Shown: positions 24,569-33,635, counted from the stretch's first letter. The stretch: DNA of 41,162 nt from Chloroflexi bacterium HGW-Chloroflexi-1 (GCA_002842085.1 PHCA01000041.1:1-41162); one strand, 5' to 3'. Numbers and translations: made by a program. The notes: generated by a model from the letters alone, not told the origin.

Positions 24569-26926
24569 ATGCGCCGAATCTTGCTCCTGGCCCTCCTGAT
24601 CGCCACCTGGCTGCCGCAACAGGCCACGGCAGATGCCGTCTGCCCGGGCGCACAACCCATCGCCGACGCGCGGCGGTTGGTCATCGGCAGCACGGTCACC
24701 GTGCACGGCCGCGTCAGCGTGCCGACCGGCGCCTTCACCGCGGACCAATCGTTCGCGCTACAAGACGCCTCGGCCGGCATCTACGTCTATCGAACGCGGG
24801 GCATCGGCCAGGCGCTGGCCGCGGGGGACGAGGCCTGCGTCACCGGCCGGCTCACGGAATATCACGGACTGCTGGAGCTGTTACCGGCGTCCCCGAGCCA
24901 GATCACCCGGCTGGGAGCCGGCGCCCCACCGACGCCGCGCCTGGTCAGCCCGAACGAGATCGGTGAAACGACCGAGGGGCTGCTGGTCTCGGTCACCGGG
25001 CCGGCATCCGCGCTGGGTGCGCGGCGATTCCGCGTCGGTGGGGCCGCGGTCTTCATCGAGCGCCAGACCGGCATCACCCTGGACGACCTGACGGAGGGCT
25101 GCCCGGTCACGGTGACCGGCCTGAGCGCGGACTACGACGCCGCGCAGATCTGGCCCCGGTCGCAGGCCGATGTCGTGCCGGGCGACTGCCAACCGGCCGC
25201 TTGCAGCGACCTCACCATCGCCCAGATCCAGGGAACTGGCTTGGCGTCGCCGTACGATGGTCGCACGGGACTGTCTTGCCTCACCGGCTGCATCACAGGC
25301 GTGGCCGCCAGCGGATTCTACATCCAGAGCGCTGCGCCGGACGATGACCCGCGCACATCGGAGGGCGCGTTCGTCTTCCGCTACAGCGAGTGGGACAACC
25401 CCCACGACCTGCGCCCGGGCAACCTGGTGGAAATCCACAACTTCGCCGTGCAGGAATACTACGGCTCCACCGAAATCGTCGGGCTGACCAGTGACGCCGT
25501 AGCTTCCTACGAACGGATCGGGACGTGCGAGCTGCCCACCCCCCTGCCCATCCCCCCGCTCACCGACCCGGAGGTTGACCCCGCCACAGTCTACGAGCCA
25601 TACGAGGGGATGCGGGTGGAGTTGAGCTTCGACGGCATGGTCGTCGGCCCAACGACCCGCTACGTGTCCCGTTTCCCGGCCGGCGATCCCGAGATCGCGC
25701 TGGTGGACCGGCGCAGCCCGCTCTATGGCCAGCGACTATTCGACGACGTGCCGGCCGATCGCGGCACGATCACCCTTTCCGGCGGGCTCGGGCAAGATCT
25801 ACCCGACGTGGGCACGGGTGACCGGCTCTCGGCCGAGGGCTTGACCGGCGTGCTGGGCTACCAGTTCGAGCGCTACGTCCTGCTCGTGGACACGGACGCG
25901 CCGGCGATCGACGTGGTCGATGCCCCCGACCCGGTTGACCCCGAGGCCCCCATCGCGGCCGACGAGTTCGCCGTGTGCAGCTTCAACCTGGAGAACCTGT
26001 TCGACGCCTTGGATGACGGCGACGGCGACCTGGGGGACTGGACGCCGGCGGACGCCGCGGGGTTCGCCCGGCTGATCGACAAGCGGGCGGCGGCCATCCG
26101 GGAAGATCTCCAGCGGTGCCCGATCATCGGCGTGCAGGAGGTCGAGGGCAAGGACGCGGTCTGGGACGCGCTGACCGCGGCGATCGGGGGCGGGTTCCGC
26201 TACGACTACTACGAAAGCATCGACGCGCGCGACATCACGGTGGGGCTGCTCTACGATGAGGGCCGCGTCACGCTGCGCCGAAGCGACCAGGCTCAGACGT
26301 GCACCCCAACCGACTACGACGTGGACTACGCGGCCGCCCAAGGCCCGCGCGGCCGCCCCAACCCGTGCGCCGCGGGCAGCTATCCGCTCTTCAGCCGGCC
26401 ACCCTACGTGGCCGATCTGACTGTGCGCAACGCGGCTGGCGACCGGGCGCTGGACGTGCGGGTGATCGTCAACCACCTCAAGTCCAAGCGCGGCGACGAG
26501 ACGACCAACCTGCCCCGGCGCATCGCCGAAGCGCGTTATGTCGCCTCACTCTTGACCGCGCCCAATGCGGTCGCGCTGGGCGACTTCAACGACACGCTCG
26601 GCTCAGCGACCCTGGCCCAATTCGCCGGGTTCGCGGACCTCTACACGCGGCACATCCCCCCCGCGGACCGGTACAGCTACATCTACAACGGCCGGTCCGA
26701 GGCGCTGGACCACTTTGTCATGACGCCGGGGCTGGATCGCTACTTCAAGGCCGGCGGCCCGGTCCACATCGACGCCGACTTCCCGGACCGCCGCCCCCTG
26801 GACGCCACCAGCCATCGCAGCTCGGATCATGACCCGGTATTCGTCCGGTTCAGTTTTCAGCCCACCGGAATCAGCGAGGCGTTGGCCGGGCTGGTGACGG
26901 GCGCGCTGGGCGCATGGAAACGGTAG
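24569..26926 (+). CDS. Secreted extracellular nuclease of the endonuclease/exonuclease/phosphatase (EEP) family (ExeM/NucH-like) with an N-terminal OB-fold-like region
   Basis: Signal peptide MRRILLLALLIATWLPQQATA. EEP motifs FAVCSFNLENLFD, IIGVQEVE, VNHLKSK, ALGDFND, LDHFVMTPGL, SSDHDPVFVRF. GAGG lies 6 nt upstream. Confidence 0.85.
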   Translation: MRRILLLALLIATWLPQQATADAVCPGAQPIADARRLVIGSTVTVHGRVSVPTGAFTADQSFALQDASAGIYVYRTRGIGQALAAGDEACVTGRLTEYHGLLELLPASPSQITRLGAGAPPTPRLVSPNEIGETTEGLLVSVTGPASALGARRFRVGGAAVFIERQTGITLDDLTEGCPVTVTGLSADYDAAQIWPRSQADVVPGDCQPAACSDLTIAQIQGTGLASPYDGRTGLSCLTGCITGVAASGFYIQSAAPDDDPRTSEGAFVFRYSEWDNPHDLRPGNLVEIHNFAVQEYYGSTEIVGLTSDAVASYERIGTCELPTPLPIPPLTDPEVDPATVYEPYEGMRVELSFDGMVVGPTTRYVSRFPAGDPEIALVDRRSPLYGQRLFDDVPADRGTITLSGGLGQDLPDVGTGDRLSAEGLTGVLGYQFERYVLLVDTDAPAIDVVDAPDPVDPEAPIAADEFAVCSFNLENLFDALDDGDGDLGDWTPADAAGFARLIDKRAAAIREDLQRCPIIGVQEVEGKDAVWDALTAAIGGGFRYDYYESIDARDITVGLLYDEGRVTLRRSDQAQTCTPTDYDVDYAAAQGPRGRPNPCAAGSYPLFSRPPYVADLTVRNAAGDRALDVRVIVNHLKSKRGDETTNLPRRIAEARYVASLLTAPNAVALGDFNDTLGSATLAQFAGFADLYTRHIPPADRYSYIYNGRSEALDHFVMTPGLDRYFKAGGPVHIDADFPDRRPLDATSHRSSDHDPVFVRFSFQPTGISEALAGLVTGALGAWKR

Positions 26927-26973
26927 ACGACCAGTTCCACTAATTTGCCCTCTTGTTTCGGGTGCATTCGAAC

Positions 26974-27067
26974 CCTTGCGAAGGTTTGTGAGCAGATTTC
27001 AGGCCGGAAGTGCCCTCGTCAGCCAAGAATCGCTCTATCGGTAAGGCTATTCGCAACCTTCGCAAGG
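26974..27067. repeat. Second hairpin family: CCTTGCGAAGGTT ...68 nt... AACCTTCGCAAGG
   Basis: 13-nt perfect inverted repeat, 48 nt after the nuclease stop. The same arms recur at 34338-34403, and a single AACCTTCGCAAGGT at 11621-11633. Confidence 0.8.
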
Positions 27068-27075
27068 AGTGGCGG

Positions 27076-27105
27076 TTGCTGTGATCCGGCATGTTGTGCT
27101 ATACT
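27076..27105 (+). promoter_or_regulatory. Candidate promoter TTGCTG-18 nt-(TGC)TATACT for the SH3b lipoprotein cluster
   Basis: Extended -10 TGCTATACT at 27097-27105. Followed by the hairpin CTTGTGC-TCGTC-GCACAAG. Confidence 0.5.
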
Positions 27106-27196
27106 GTACCTTGTGCTCGTCGCACAAGACAACTCGAGGCGTGTCACGCCCGCCCAAGGCCCTTTGTACGCCCCGGGCAAAAGAGAGGATCATCAC

Positions 27197-28375
27197 ATGC
27201 ACAAGCGCACCATCGGGGTGCTCTTGGGAGCTTTCCTGCTGTTAGCTATGGGCACGTTGGGCTGCTCCGTCAGCCAGTTGATCGCCCGCCGTGCGCCGGT
27301 GACCGTCACGCCGACCCGGACGCCGCGCCCGACCTGGACGCCGGTGGTCGGTGGTGTCCGCGTGGCGACGCCAACCCTGGACGTCACGCGGTTTCCCGGG
27401 TTGGCGCTGCCTACCGCGGCTCAGACGGCCGCGCCGCCTACGCCCCAACAGTGGGTCCCGGGATCGGAGGCCACGATCTTCGTGCCTCAGCCGCCTGCCG
27501 GTGGACCGGCTGTGCAGACGGTCGTTGTGATCATTGTGACAGCCACGCCGCCGCCACTGCCAACTACGCCGCCGGTCACCCCGTTGCCCACCGAGACTCC
27601 CGGCCCGCCGACGGCCACACCCACCGCGACCAACACCCCACCGCCGCCGGTCATTGTCCGGGTGACCGTGGACAAGGCCAACGTGCGCCAGGGGCCTGGG
27701 GCGGGGTATCCTACGGTCACCCAGCTCGCGATCGATACGGAGGTGACCGTCGTCGGGCGCAACCGGGCGGGGAACTGGTGGAAGATCTGTTGCGTCAACG
27801 GCGTGGACGTCTGGATTGCCGATTCCGTGGTCACGGTCGAGGGGCCGTTGTGGTTGGCGCCCGAGGTCTCCGATTACCCGCCGCCGCCACCCACCGTGGC
27901 GCCCACGGCCACGCCCGCGCCCACACCGACCTATGCCTGGACCTTTCGCACGGAAGGTCTCCCGGAGGAGTACTCGCTGGGGCAAAACTACTTCTCCGTG
28001 AAAGCGGTGATCTACGATGGCGCTTCGCCGTTGTGGGGCTATAAGCTGAAGGTACGCAAACTTTCTACGGGCGAAGAATGGCTGAGTGAGGGCTCACAAT
28101 CCAACAATTGGACCTGGGAAGTCATCGGGTGGCCCAACGACGGCAAGCCGGTCAATCCCCGCACCGATTGCCCATCCCCCCGAACCGGGCTACTGTGCCT
28201 GAAGTACAACGTCAAATGGGACAGCAACGGGGTGGGCGTGCCGATGGGGGATGACGTCTGGTGGGAGGTGATCGCCACCGACGGCGCGGGAAACCCGTTG
28301 TCGTCGCCGGTGCGGCTCTACACCAGCGCGGCCAACTCCAAATGGTACTATGTGGTGTTCACGAGCCGGCCATGA
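27197..28375 (+). CDS. Lipoprotein: PT-rich linkers, SH3b domain, C-terminal beta-sandwich-like domain (paralog 1 of 3)
   Basis: MHKRTIGVLLGAFLLLAMGTLGCS (lipobox-like). SH3b-like ANVRQGPGAGYPTVTQLAIDTEVTVVGRNRAGNWWKI. Long Pro/Thr linkers. Confidence 0.75.
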   Translation: MHKRTIGVLLGAFLLLAMGTLGCSVSQLIARRAPVTVTPTRTPRPTWTPVVGGVRVATPTLDVTRFPGLALPTAAQTAAPPTPQQWVPGSEATIFVPQPPAGGPAVQTVVVIIVTATPPPLPTTPPVTPLPTETPGPPTATPTATNTPPPPVIVRVTVDKANVRQGPGAGYPTVTQLAIDTEVTVVGRNRAGNWWKICCVNGVDVWIADSVVTVEGPLWLAPEVSDYPPPPPTVAPTATPAPTPTYAWTFRTEGLPEEYSLGQNYFSVKAVIYDGASPLWGYKLKVRKLSTGEEWLSEGSQSNNWTWEVIGWPNDGKPVNPRTDCPSPRTGLLCLKYNVKWDSNGVGVPMGDDVWWEVIATDGAGNPLSSPVRLYTSAANSKWYYVVFTSRP

Positions 28376-29613
28376 ATGAACGAGTGAACCAAACCGCCTT
28401 TGCTAAGGTTCCATCCGAGAATTTGCGCCCAATTTGCTGGGGCCGGTCTCCCGACCGTGCCCCCTGGCACCCCCTGGCTCGGTCAGGAGACCGGCCAGAG
28501 CATGTTCGGATAGATTCTAAACGGCCGCTGGGGATCATCCTGCTGTGCGCGGTGCTGTTGGCCGCCGTCAGCCTGAGCTGTTCGGTGGGACAGGTCCTGG
28601 TGGGCCGCTCCACGTCCACCGTGCCGACCGCCACCAAGACCCCGCGACCCACGTTCACGCCGTTGCCGGGCGCCTTCACACCTTTGCCGACGTCCGCCAG
28701 CGCGGTCCGAGGCAGTCTGCCGCCAGGCGTCACCGTTGTGCCCCCCACCGAGGCAGCCCCGCTGGCCCAGCCCGGCGAAACCGGCCGCACCAACCTGATC
28801 CTTTTCGCCACCGAGACGCCGGCGCCCACGCCCACCCGCGTGCCGACCGACACCCCCGGGCCGACGCCCACGCCAACCCCCGACGTCGAGACCAACCGCC
28901 CGACGCGCGCGACCGGCCCGCGGGTTTTGCCGACGCCGTACGTCGTGGTAAACTCTACGACGCTCAACGCGCGCCGCGGGCCGGGTGAAACGTTCGATCT
29001 GTTAGGCCAGGTAAAACAGGGGGATGAGCTGCTCGTCCTCGGGCGCACCCCTGAAGGGGATTGGTGGCAGGTGTGCTGCATCGCCAATCAGCCGGGCTGG
29101 GTCGCCGCCGAGCTGGTCACAGCCAGGGGGCCGGTTGACGACGTGCCGGTGCTCACCCCGGCGCCGACGCCCGTCCCGACCTCGCGGCCGCTACCGACCG
29201 ATACGCCGGGACCACTGCCCACCCCGCTGCCGCCGTTCGACATCGCGCGCGGCCCCGAGTTCCCGATCCAGCGGGATACCGGCATCATGACCATCTGGGT
29301 GAAGGTGTACGAGGGGAGCGCGCCCTACGAGAAGCCGCTATCCGGCTATATCCTGAAGGTGTCCCACGACGGCGTGGACGTCAGCAGCCCGGAGCAATCG
29401 TTCGGCGACGCGCCGTTCGACAAGACCGCCAAGACCGAAGGAGAGCGCGAGTACAACCTGAAGTTCGAGATGTACGACGCCAGCGAGGCGGATTGGCAGA
29501 TCTACCTGGCCAAACCGGATGGCTACCGGGTCTCGCCGATCAGGGAGTTCACGACCAAGGGGGATTCGTATCGTAATCTGGTCGTCTACGTCGCATACTG
29601 GCTGGCGCGCTAA
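28372..29613 (+). CDS. Lipoprotein: PT-rich linkers, SH3b domain, C-terminal domain (paralog 2 of 3); start uncertain
   Basis: Signal-like KRPLGIILLCAVLLAAVSLSCS begins near 28519. SH3b-like LNARRGPGETFDLLGQVKQGDELLVLGRTPEGDWWQV. The only in-frame ATG/GTG/TTG upstream (28372, 28384, 28423) lie before a palindromic repeat copy (28441-28497). Confidence 0.55.
   Translation: MNERVNQTAFAKVPSENLRPICWGRSPDRAPWHPLARSGDRPEHVRIDSKRPLGIILLCAVLLAAVSLSCSVGQVLVGRSTSTVPTATKTPRPTFTPLPGAFTPLPTSASAVRGSLPPGVTVVPPTEAAPLAQPGETGRTNLILFATETPAPTPTRVPTDTPGPTPTPTPDVETNRPTRATGPRVLPTPYVVVNSTTLNARRGPGETFDLLGQVKQGDELLVLGRTPEGDWWQVCCIANQPGWVAAELVTARGPVDDVPVLTPAPTPVPTSRPLPTDTPGPLPTPLPPFDIARGPEFPIQRDTGIMTIWVKVYEGSAPYEKPLSGYILKVSHDGVDVSSPEQSFGDAPFDKTAKTEGEREYNLKFEMYDASEADWQIYLAKPDGYRVSPIREFTTKGDSYRNLVVYVAYWLAR
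28441..28497. repeat. Copy of the palindromic element, subfamily with TCTCCTGACC in place of TCTGTGACC
   Basis: GGCCGGTCTCCCGACCGTGCC ... GGCTCGGTCAGGAGACCGGCC. Both arms carry the variant, so pairing is kept. Confidence 0.85.
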
Positions 29614-29628
29614 GACGACATCACCTGT

Positions 29629-29728
29629 GTGGTGCGTAGTGCGTGGTGCGTGGTGCGTATTCCGTAGCCCATGTCTGCACATTTTCCGCAGTACGCAATC
29701 CGCAATTCGCAATCCGCAATCCGCAATC
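29629..29728. repeat. Two heptamer arrays: (GTGGTGC) x5 (29629-29663) and (CGCAATC) x5 (29694-29728)
   Basis: Read directly. Lies between SH3b lipoprotein paralogs 2 and 3. The second array ends 2 nt before the AGGAGG RBS. Confidence 0.93.
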
Positions 29729-29746
29729 CAAGGAGGAAGACAAGCA

Positions 29747-30688
29747 ATGCACTTTCGTTTCTGGGCCTTGATCATTATTGTGATGCTGTTGGTGGCCGTT
29801 GCTGGATGCGCTGGCGGCCAGTCGAGCGTCGCGCCGACGCCGGTTCCAACCAAGACGTTACGGCCGATATTCACCGCTACGCCCGCAGTGCCGACCCCCG
29901 TGCCGCCCACGGCCACACCGCAGATCCCGCCCACGGCCACCCCGGAGCCAACCGCGGCCGAACCACCCACGCCCGAACCGCCGACCGCGGCGCCGGCTAC
30001 GGCCACACCTCAACCGGCGTCGTTCACCGTGACCAGCGCCACCGTCAACATCCGTAACGGGCCCGGGACCAACTACGTTCGGATCGGGCAAGTGCGCCAA
30101 GGCCAGACGTTCGAGATCACGGGCAAGAACCCGGCCGGCGATTGGTGGCGATTCGACTACAACGGCAAAATTGCCTGGGTTATCGGCCGGCTGGTCAGCG
30201 CCAACGCGACCGGGAGCGTCCAGGTAGCGTCCGACATCCCGGCCCCGCCGCCCACCGCGCGGCCGCAGCCGACGGCCAAACCCGCGACCGCCCAACCGAC
30301 CCCGCCGCCCGCGCCGCCGCTACGGTTCGCGCTCACGGGCAAATCGCAACTGCGGCTCAACACCAACGATTTTGTGACCGTCTGGTGTTTCGTCTTCAAT
30401 CGGTCCGAGACCGCCCTGGTCCCCGGTACATTGCGCGTCACGCGCGATGGGGCTGTCATCAAAGAGCAAGCCTTCACCGGAGGACTCGAGTCAGCGCACG
30501 GCGATCCGGGCATTTCGGGCAGCGAGTTTCTCTACAATCCAGGCTGCAAGGTCGAAATCCAGCCGGCCCAGGACGGCAACTACAGCGCCTATCTGATCCA
30601 GGGTGGCCAGCAAGCCTCTGACGTCTTCAATTTCAACGTCAGCGGCACGACCAACCGGACCGCGATCATCGAATGGAAAGAGAAGTAG
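29747..30688 (+). CDS. Lipoprotein: PT-rich linkers, SH3b domain, C-terminal domain (paralog 3 of 3)
   Basis: AGGAGG (29731-29736) lies 10 nt upstream of the ATG. MHFRFWALIIIVMLLVAVAGCAG (lipobox VAGC). SH3b-like VNIRNGPGTNYVRIGQVRQGQTFEITGKNPAGDWWRF. Confidence 0.78.
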   Translation: MHFRFWALIIIVMLLVAVAGCAGGQSSVAPTPVPTKTLRPIFTATPAVPTPVPPTATPQIPPTATPEPTAAEPPTPEPPTAAPATATPQPASFTVTSATVNIRNGPGTNYVRIGQVRQGQTFEITGKNPAGDWWRFDYNGKIAWVIGRLVSANATGSVQVASDIPAPPPTARPQPTAKPATAQPTPPPAPPLRFALTGKSQLRLNTNDFVTVWCFVFNRSETALVPGTLRVTRDGAVIKEQAFTGGLESAHGDPGISGSEFLYNPGCKVEIQPAQDGNYSAYLIQGGQQASDVFNFNVSGTTNRTAIIEWKEK

Positions 30689-33624
30689 GGACGGCTATCG
30701 GTCGCCAGAAACCAGGTTTCTCTAAGAAACCTGGTTTCTGGCAACGAGCAAGTGCGATCCGGTTTCGGCGCGAAGCCGGGTTTTTGATCTTGGTCGCCCT
30801 GCTTGGATTGCTCCTGCGCGTCCTCCGCCTGGATTTTCAGCCCCTCTGGTGGGACGAAGGCTATTCCGTCTGGTTCGCCACCCACCCGCTGGGCCAGATG
30901 GCCGCGCTGACGGCCCAGGACATCCACCCGCCCCTCTACTACGCGCTGCTCCACGGCTGGACTACCCTGCTGGGGACCGGGCCGATCGCGTTGCGGCTGA
31001 TGTCCGTGGCCTTCGGCGCGCTGGCGATCCCCGCGATCTACCTGGCCGGGCGACGATTGCTGAACCGGCGGGCCGCCCTCCTGGCCGCCTTGCTGTTGGC
31101 GATCAACCCCCTGCACATCTACTACAGCCAGGAAGTGCGCATGTACGGGCTGGTGGCGCTACTGAGCGCGGGGATCCTGGCGACGATCGGGGGGTGGGCG
31201 AATTGCCGATTTCGGATTTCGGATTTCGGATTTCGAATTACTCCTTGTCACCAGCCCCGCACGGTGTTAGCGGCTGGCGCCAGGCCGGTCACCTTGTCAT
31301 CAGTCCCCTACGTGCTCCTGGCGACCGCCGCGCTGTACACGCAGTATTATGCCGTTTTCCTGCCGGTCGGCCTGACGCTGTACGCGCTGTGGCGGTGGCG
31401 GCGCGATCCGGCCGCGCTGGGGCGGTGGCTGGCCGCACAGATTGCCGTCGCCGTGCTCTACCTGCCGTGGGTGATCTATGCGGCGCCCAGGCTGGCGCCC
31501 TACGTCAGCCAGAAGGTGGTGGCGGACGCTGACAGGCCGCTCGGGTTGTTAGCCTACTTTGGCCGGCACCTGGCCGCGTTCCTGGCCGGCCACCTGGAAG
31601 GCCCGCTGACCGCATGGTGGCCGGTTGTGCTGGCGCCGATAGGGATATCAGGTATTTGGTATTGGCGTTGGTGGAAAGTTGGCCGGCGCAGCGGAAATTC
31701 AGCCCATCCAATACCTGATACCCAATACCCAATACCCAATACCCAATACCCAATACCCAATACCCAATACCCAATACCCAATACCCAATACCCGGTCATG
31801 CTCGCCACTGTCACCGGCGTCGCGCTCCTGCTCGGCTGGCTCATCGGCCTCACCTACCCATTCTTCCCGGAGCGAGGCGAGCGATTGCTGTTGCTGGCGC
31901 TACCGCCGTTCATCCTTCTGGTCGCGGCCGGGCTGGATGCGCTGTGGTCGCGGTCGCGGCTGGCTGCCTGGGGCACAATCGCGCTGATCGGCGCGGTCGC
32001 CGGGGCGGGCCTGTGCGCGTTCTACACGACGCCCCGCTACCCCACCGACGACTACCGGCCGCTGATCGCCCACACGGTCGAGCTGGGTTTGCCCGAGGAC
32101 ACCGTCTTCTGCGTCTACCCGTGGCAGGTCGGCTACTGGCGTAGCTATGACTGGCGTAGCTATGCCAGTAGCCGACCTGCCGGCCCGAACGCCGTCCTGA
32201 CCCCCGACGCGACCTGGTCCCCGGCCGTGTCGGACGTGAACGCCTGGTATGGGCCGGGCACCCGGCTCAGCGCGTGGGCGTTCGCGCCGGGAGGGCAGCC
32301 CGTGAACGCGGCCACCGTGCGTTTCCCGCTGCCTGGCGTTGGCGCGGTGAAACTGGTAGGCGTCACGGCCGCGCTCGATCCCGTGCCCGCTGCGAACGCG
32401 GTGACGCCGGTCACGTTGCGTTGGGCCGCGGCCGCGCCGCCGCCGATCCTGGGTGTCAGCGTTCGTCTGGTCGATGACCTGGGCCAGATTTGGGCGCAGC
32501 ACGATTACGAGCCGCTGGGCGGCCTCTCCGCTCCGGCACAAACCAGCGCGCAGGGCACATCATCGGCAGAAGCCTGGCAAGCGGCCTGGGAGGCTGAGGA
32601 TCGCCTGGGCCTGCTCATCCCCGCGGGCACACCGCCCGGACGCTACGCGGTCGAACTGGCCGTGCGCCCAAAGGACGAGGCTCGCTCGCTGGACGCGTTT
32701 ACCCCCGCTGGCGTCGCACTGGGCCCAGCGGTCCCCCTGTTCGAGATCACCGTTGCCCCGGCGGACCGGGTCCTGGGTCGGGAGCGCCTGCCCATCGGCG
32801 TCAACCGATCGACCGACATGGAGGACGGCTTGCGTTTCCTCGGCTACAGCGCGGCCGAGGCCGTGGCCACGCCGGGTGAGCTGCGCAAGATCAGCCTCTT
32901 CTGGCAGACCACCGCCGCGCTGGCGGCCGACTACACGGCTTTCGTACAACTGCTGGACGCGGATGGCGGGGTGGCGGCCGGTTGGGAAGCGCCGCCCGGC
33001 GCCGGTTACCCGACGACGCAGTGGGCGCCGGACACGCTGGTCCGCACCCAGGCCGCGTTCCGGGTCCCCGCGTCCCTACCCGCCGGCCGCTACCGGCTGA
33101 TCGCGGGCCTGTTCAACCCGGCCGATGGCGCGCGCTTGCGGACAGCCGCTGGCGCCGACCATCTGGCCCTGGGCCCGATCACCCTGCGCGGCCGGCCCCA
33201 CGAGATGACCCCACCTGGCCCGGCCCACGTCGCGGACGTGCGCTTCGGGGACGTGGGCCGGCTGGTTGGCTATGATCTGCCCGAGACCGGCAGTGCGGCC
33301 GGCGCGGCGCTGCCACTCACCCTGTACTGGCAGGCAACCGGTGCGACCGACCGGGCATACACCATATTCGTGCACCTGCTGGACCCGGCCGGCGCGCTCC
33401 GCGGCTTCGGGGATGGCGAGCCGGGCGGGGGTCAGTTCCCCACCACGGGCTGGCTGCCCGGGGAGTACCTGGCCGACCGCCACGAGGTCCGCATCGTCGC
33501 GGACGCGCCTCCTGGCGAGTATCGATTAGCCGTCGGCCTGTACGACCCCGCGACCGGCCAGCGGCTGCTCACGGCCGACGGGGCGGATCAGGTGGTGCTG
33601 GACATCTCGGCGCCAATCCGATAA
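30673..33624 (+). CDS. Membrane glycosyltransferase, family 39 (ArnT/PMT-like), with a large duplicated C-terminal extracytoplasmic domain; start uncertain
   Basis: LRVLRLDFQPLWWDEGYSVW...DIHPPLYYALLHGW is the usual GT39/PMT_2 N-terminal signature, with many TM segments. ATG 30673 overlaps the upstream gene, and a 17-bp hairpin (30705-30741) lies after it. An alternative TTG at 30784 would start just before TM1. Confidence 0.82.
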   Translation: MEREVGTAIGRQKPGFSKKPGFWQRASAIRFRREAGFLILVALLGLLLRVLRLDFQPLWWDEGYSVWFATHPLGQMAALTAQDIHPPLYYALLHGWTTLLGTGPIALRLMSVAFGALAIPAIYLAGRRLLNRRAALLAALLLAINPLHIYYSQEVRMYGLVALLSAGILATIGGWANCRFRISDFGFRITPCHQPRTVLAAGARPVTLSSVPYVLLATAALYTQYYAVFLPVGLTLYALWRWRRDPAALGRWLAAQIAVAVLYLPWVIYAAPRLAPYVSQKVVADADRPLGLLAYFGRHLAAFLAGHLEGPLTAWWPVVLAPIGISGIWYWRWWKVGRRSGNSAHPIPDTQYPIPNTQYPIPNTQYPIPNTQYPVMLATVTGVALLLGWLIGLTYPFFPERGERLLLLALPPFILLVAAGLDALWSRSRLAAWGTIALIGAVAGAGLCAFYTTPRYPTDDYRPLIAHTVELGLPEDTVFCVYPWQVGYWRSYDWRSYASSRPAGPNAVLTPDATWSPAVSDVNAWYGPGTRLSAWAFAPGGQPVNAATVRFPLPGVGAVKLVGVTAALDPVPAANAVTPVTLRWAAAAPPPILGVSVRLVDDLGQIWAQHDYEPLGGLSAPAQTSAQGTSSAEAWQAAWEAEDRLGLLIPAGTPPGRYAVELAVRPKDEARSLDAFTPAGVALGPAVPLFEITVAPADRVLGRERLPIGVNRSTDMEDGLRFLGYSAAEAVATPGELRKISLFWQTTAALAADYTAFVQLLDADGGVAAGWEAPPGAGYPTTQWAPDTLVRTQAAFRVPASLPAGRYRLIAGLFNPADGARLRTAAGADHLALGPITLRGRPHEMTPPGPAHVADVRFGDVGRLVGYDLPETGSAAGAALPLTLYWQATGATDRAYTIFVHLLDPAGALRGFGDGEPGGGQFPTTGWLPGEYLADRHEVRIVADAPPGEYRLAVGLYDPATGQRLLTADGADQVVLDISAPIR
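30705..30741 (+). terminator. Perfect 17-bp hairpin CCAGAAACCAGGTTTCT-CTA-AGAAACCTGGTTTCTGG (no U-tract)
   Basis: Read directly. Lies 17 nt after the stop of SH3b paralog 3 and inside the longest GT39 ORF. Confidence 0.5.
31207..31241 (+). repeat. Heptamer array (GGATTTC) x5 inside the GT39 CDS
   Basis: Read directly. Translates as ..NCRFRISDFGFRIT.. within the open frame. Confidence 0.9.
31710..31793 (+). repeat. Heptamer array (AATACCC) x12 (10 perfect units) inside the GT39 CDS
   Basis: Read directly. 84 nt = 28 codons, translating as [30 protein letters not shown]. Confidence 0.95.
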
Positions 33625-33635
33625 GTGTGCGACCA

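Noticed and set aside
26945-27196. Upstream extension of SH3b lipoprotein paralog 1 (ORF starts at 26945)
   Set aside because: The extension crosses a hairpin repeat and a promoter-like TGCTATACT. ATG 27197 is followed immediately by a lipoprotein signal peptide.
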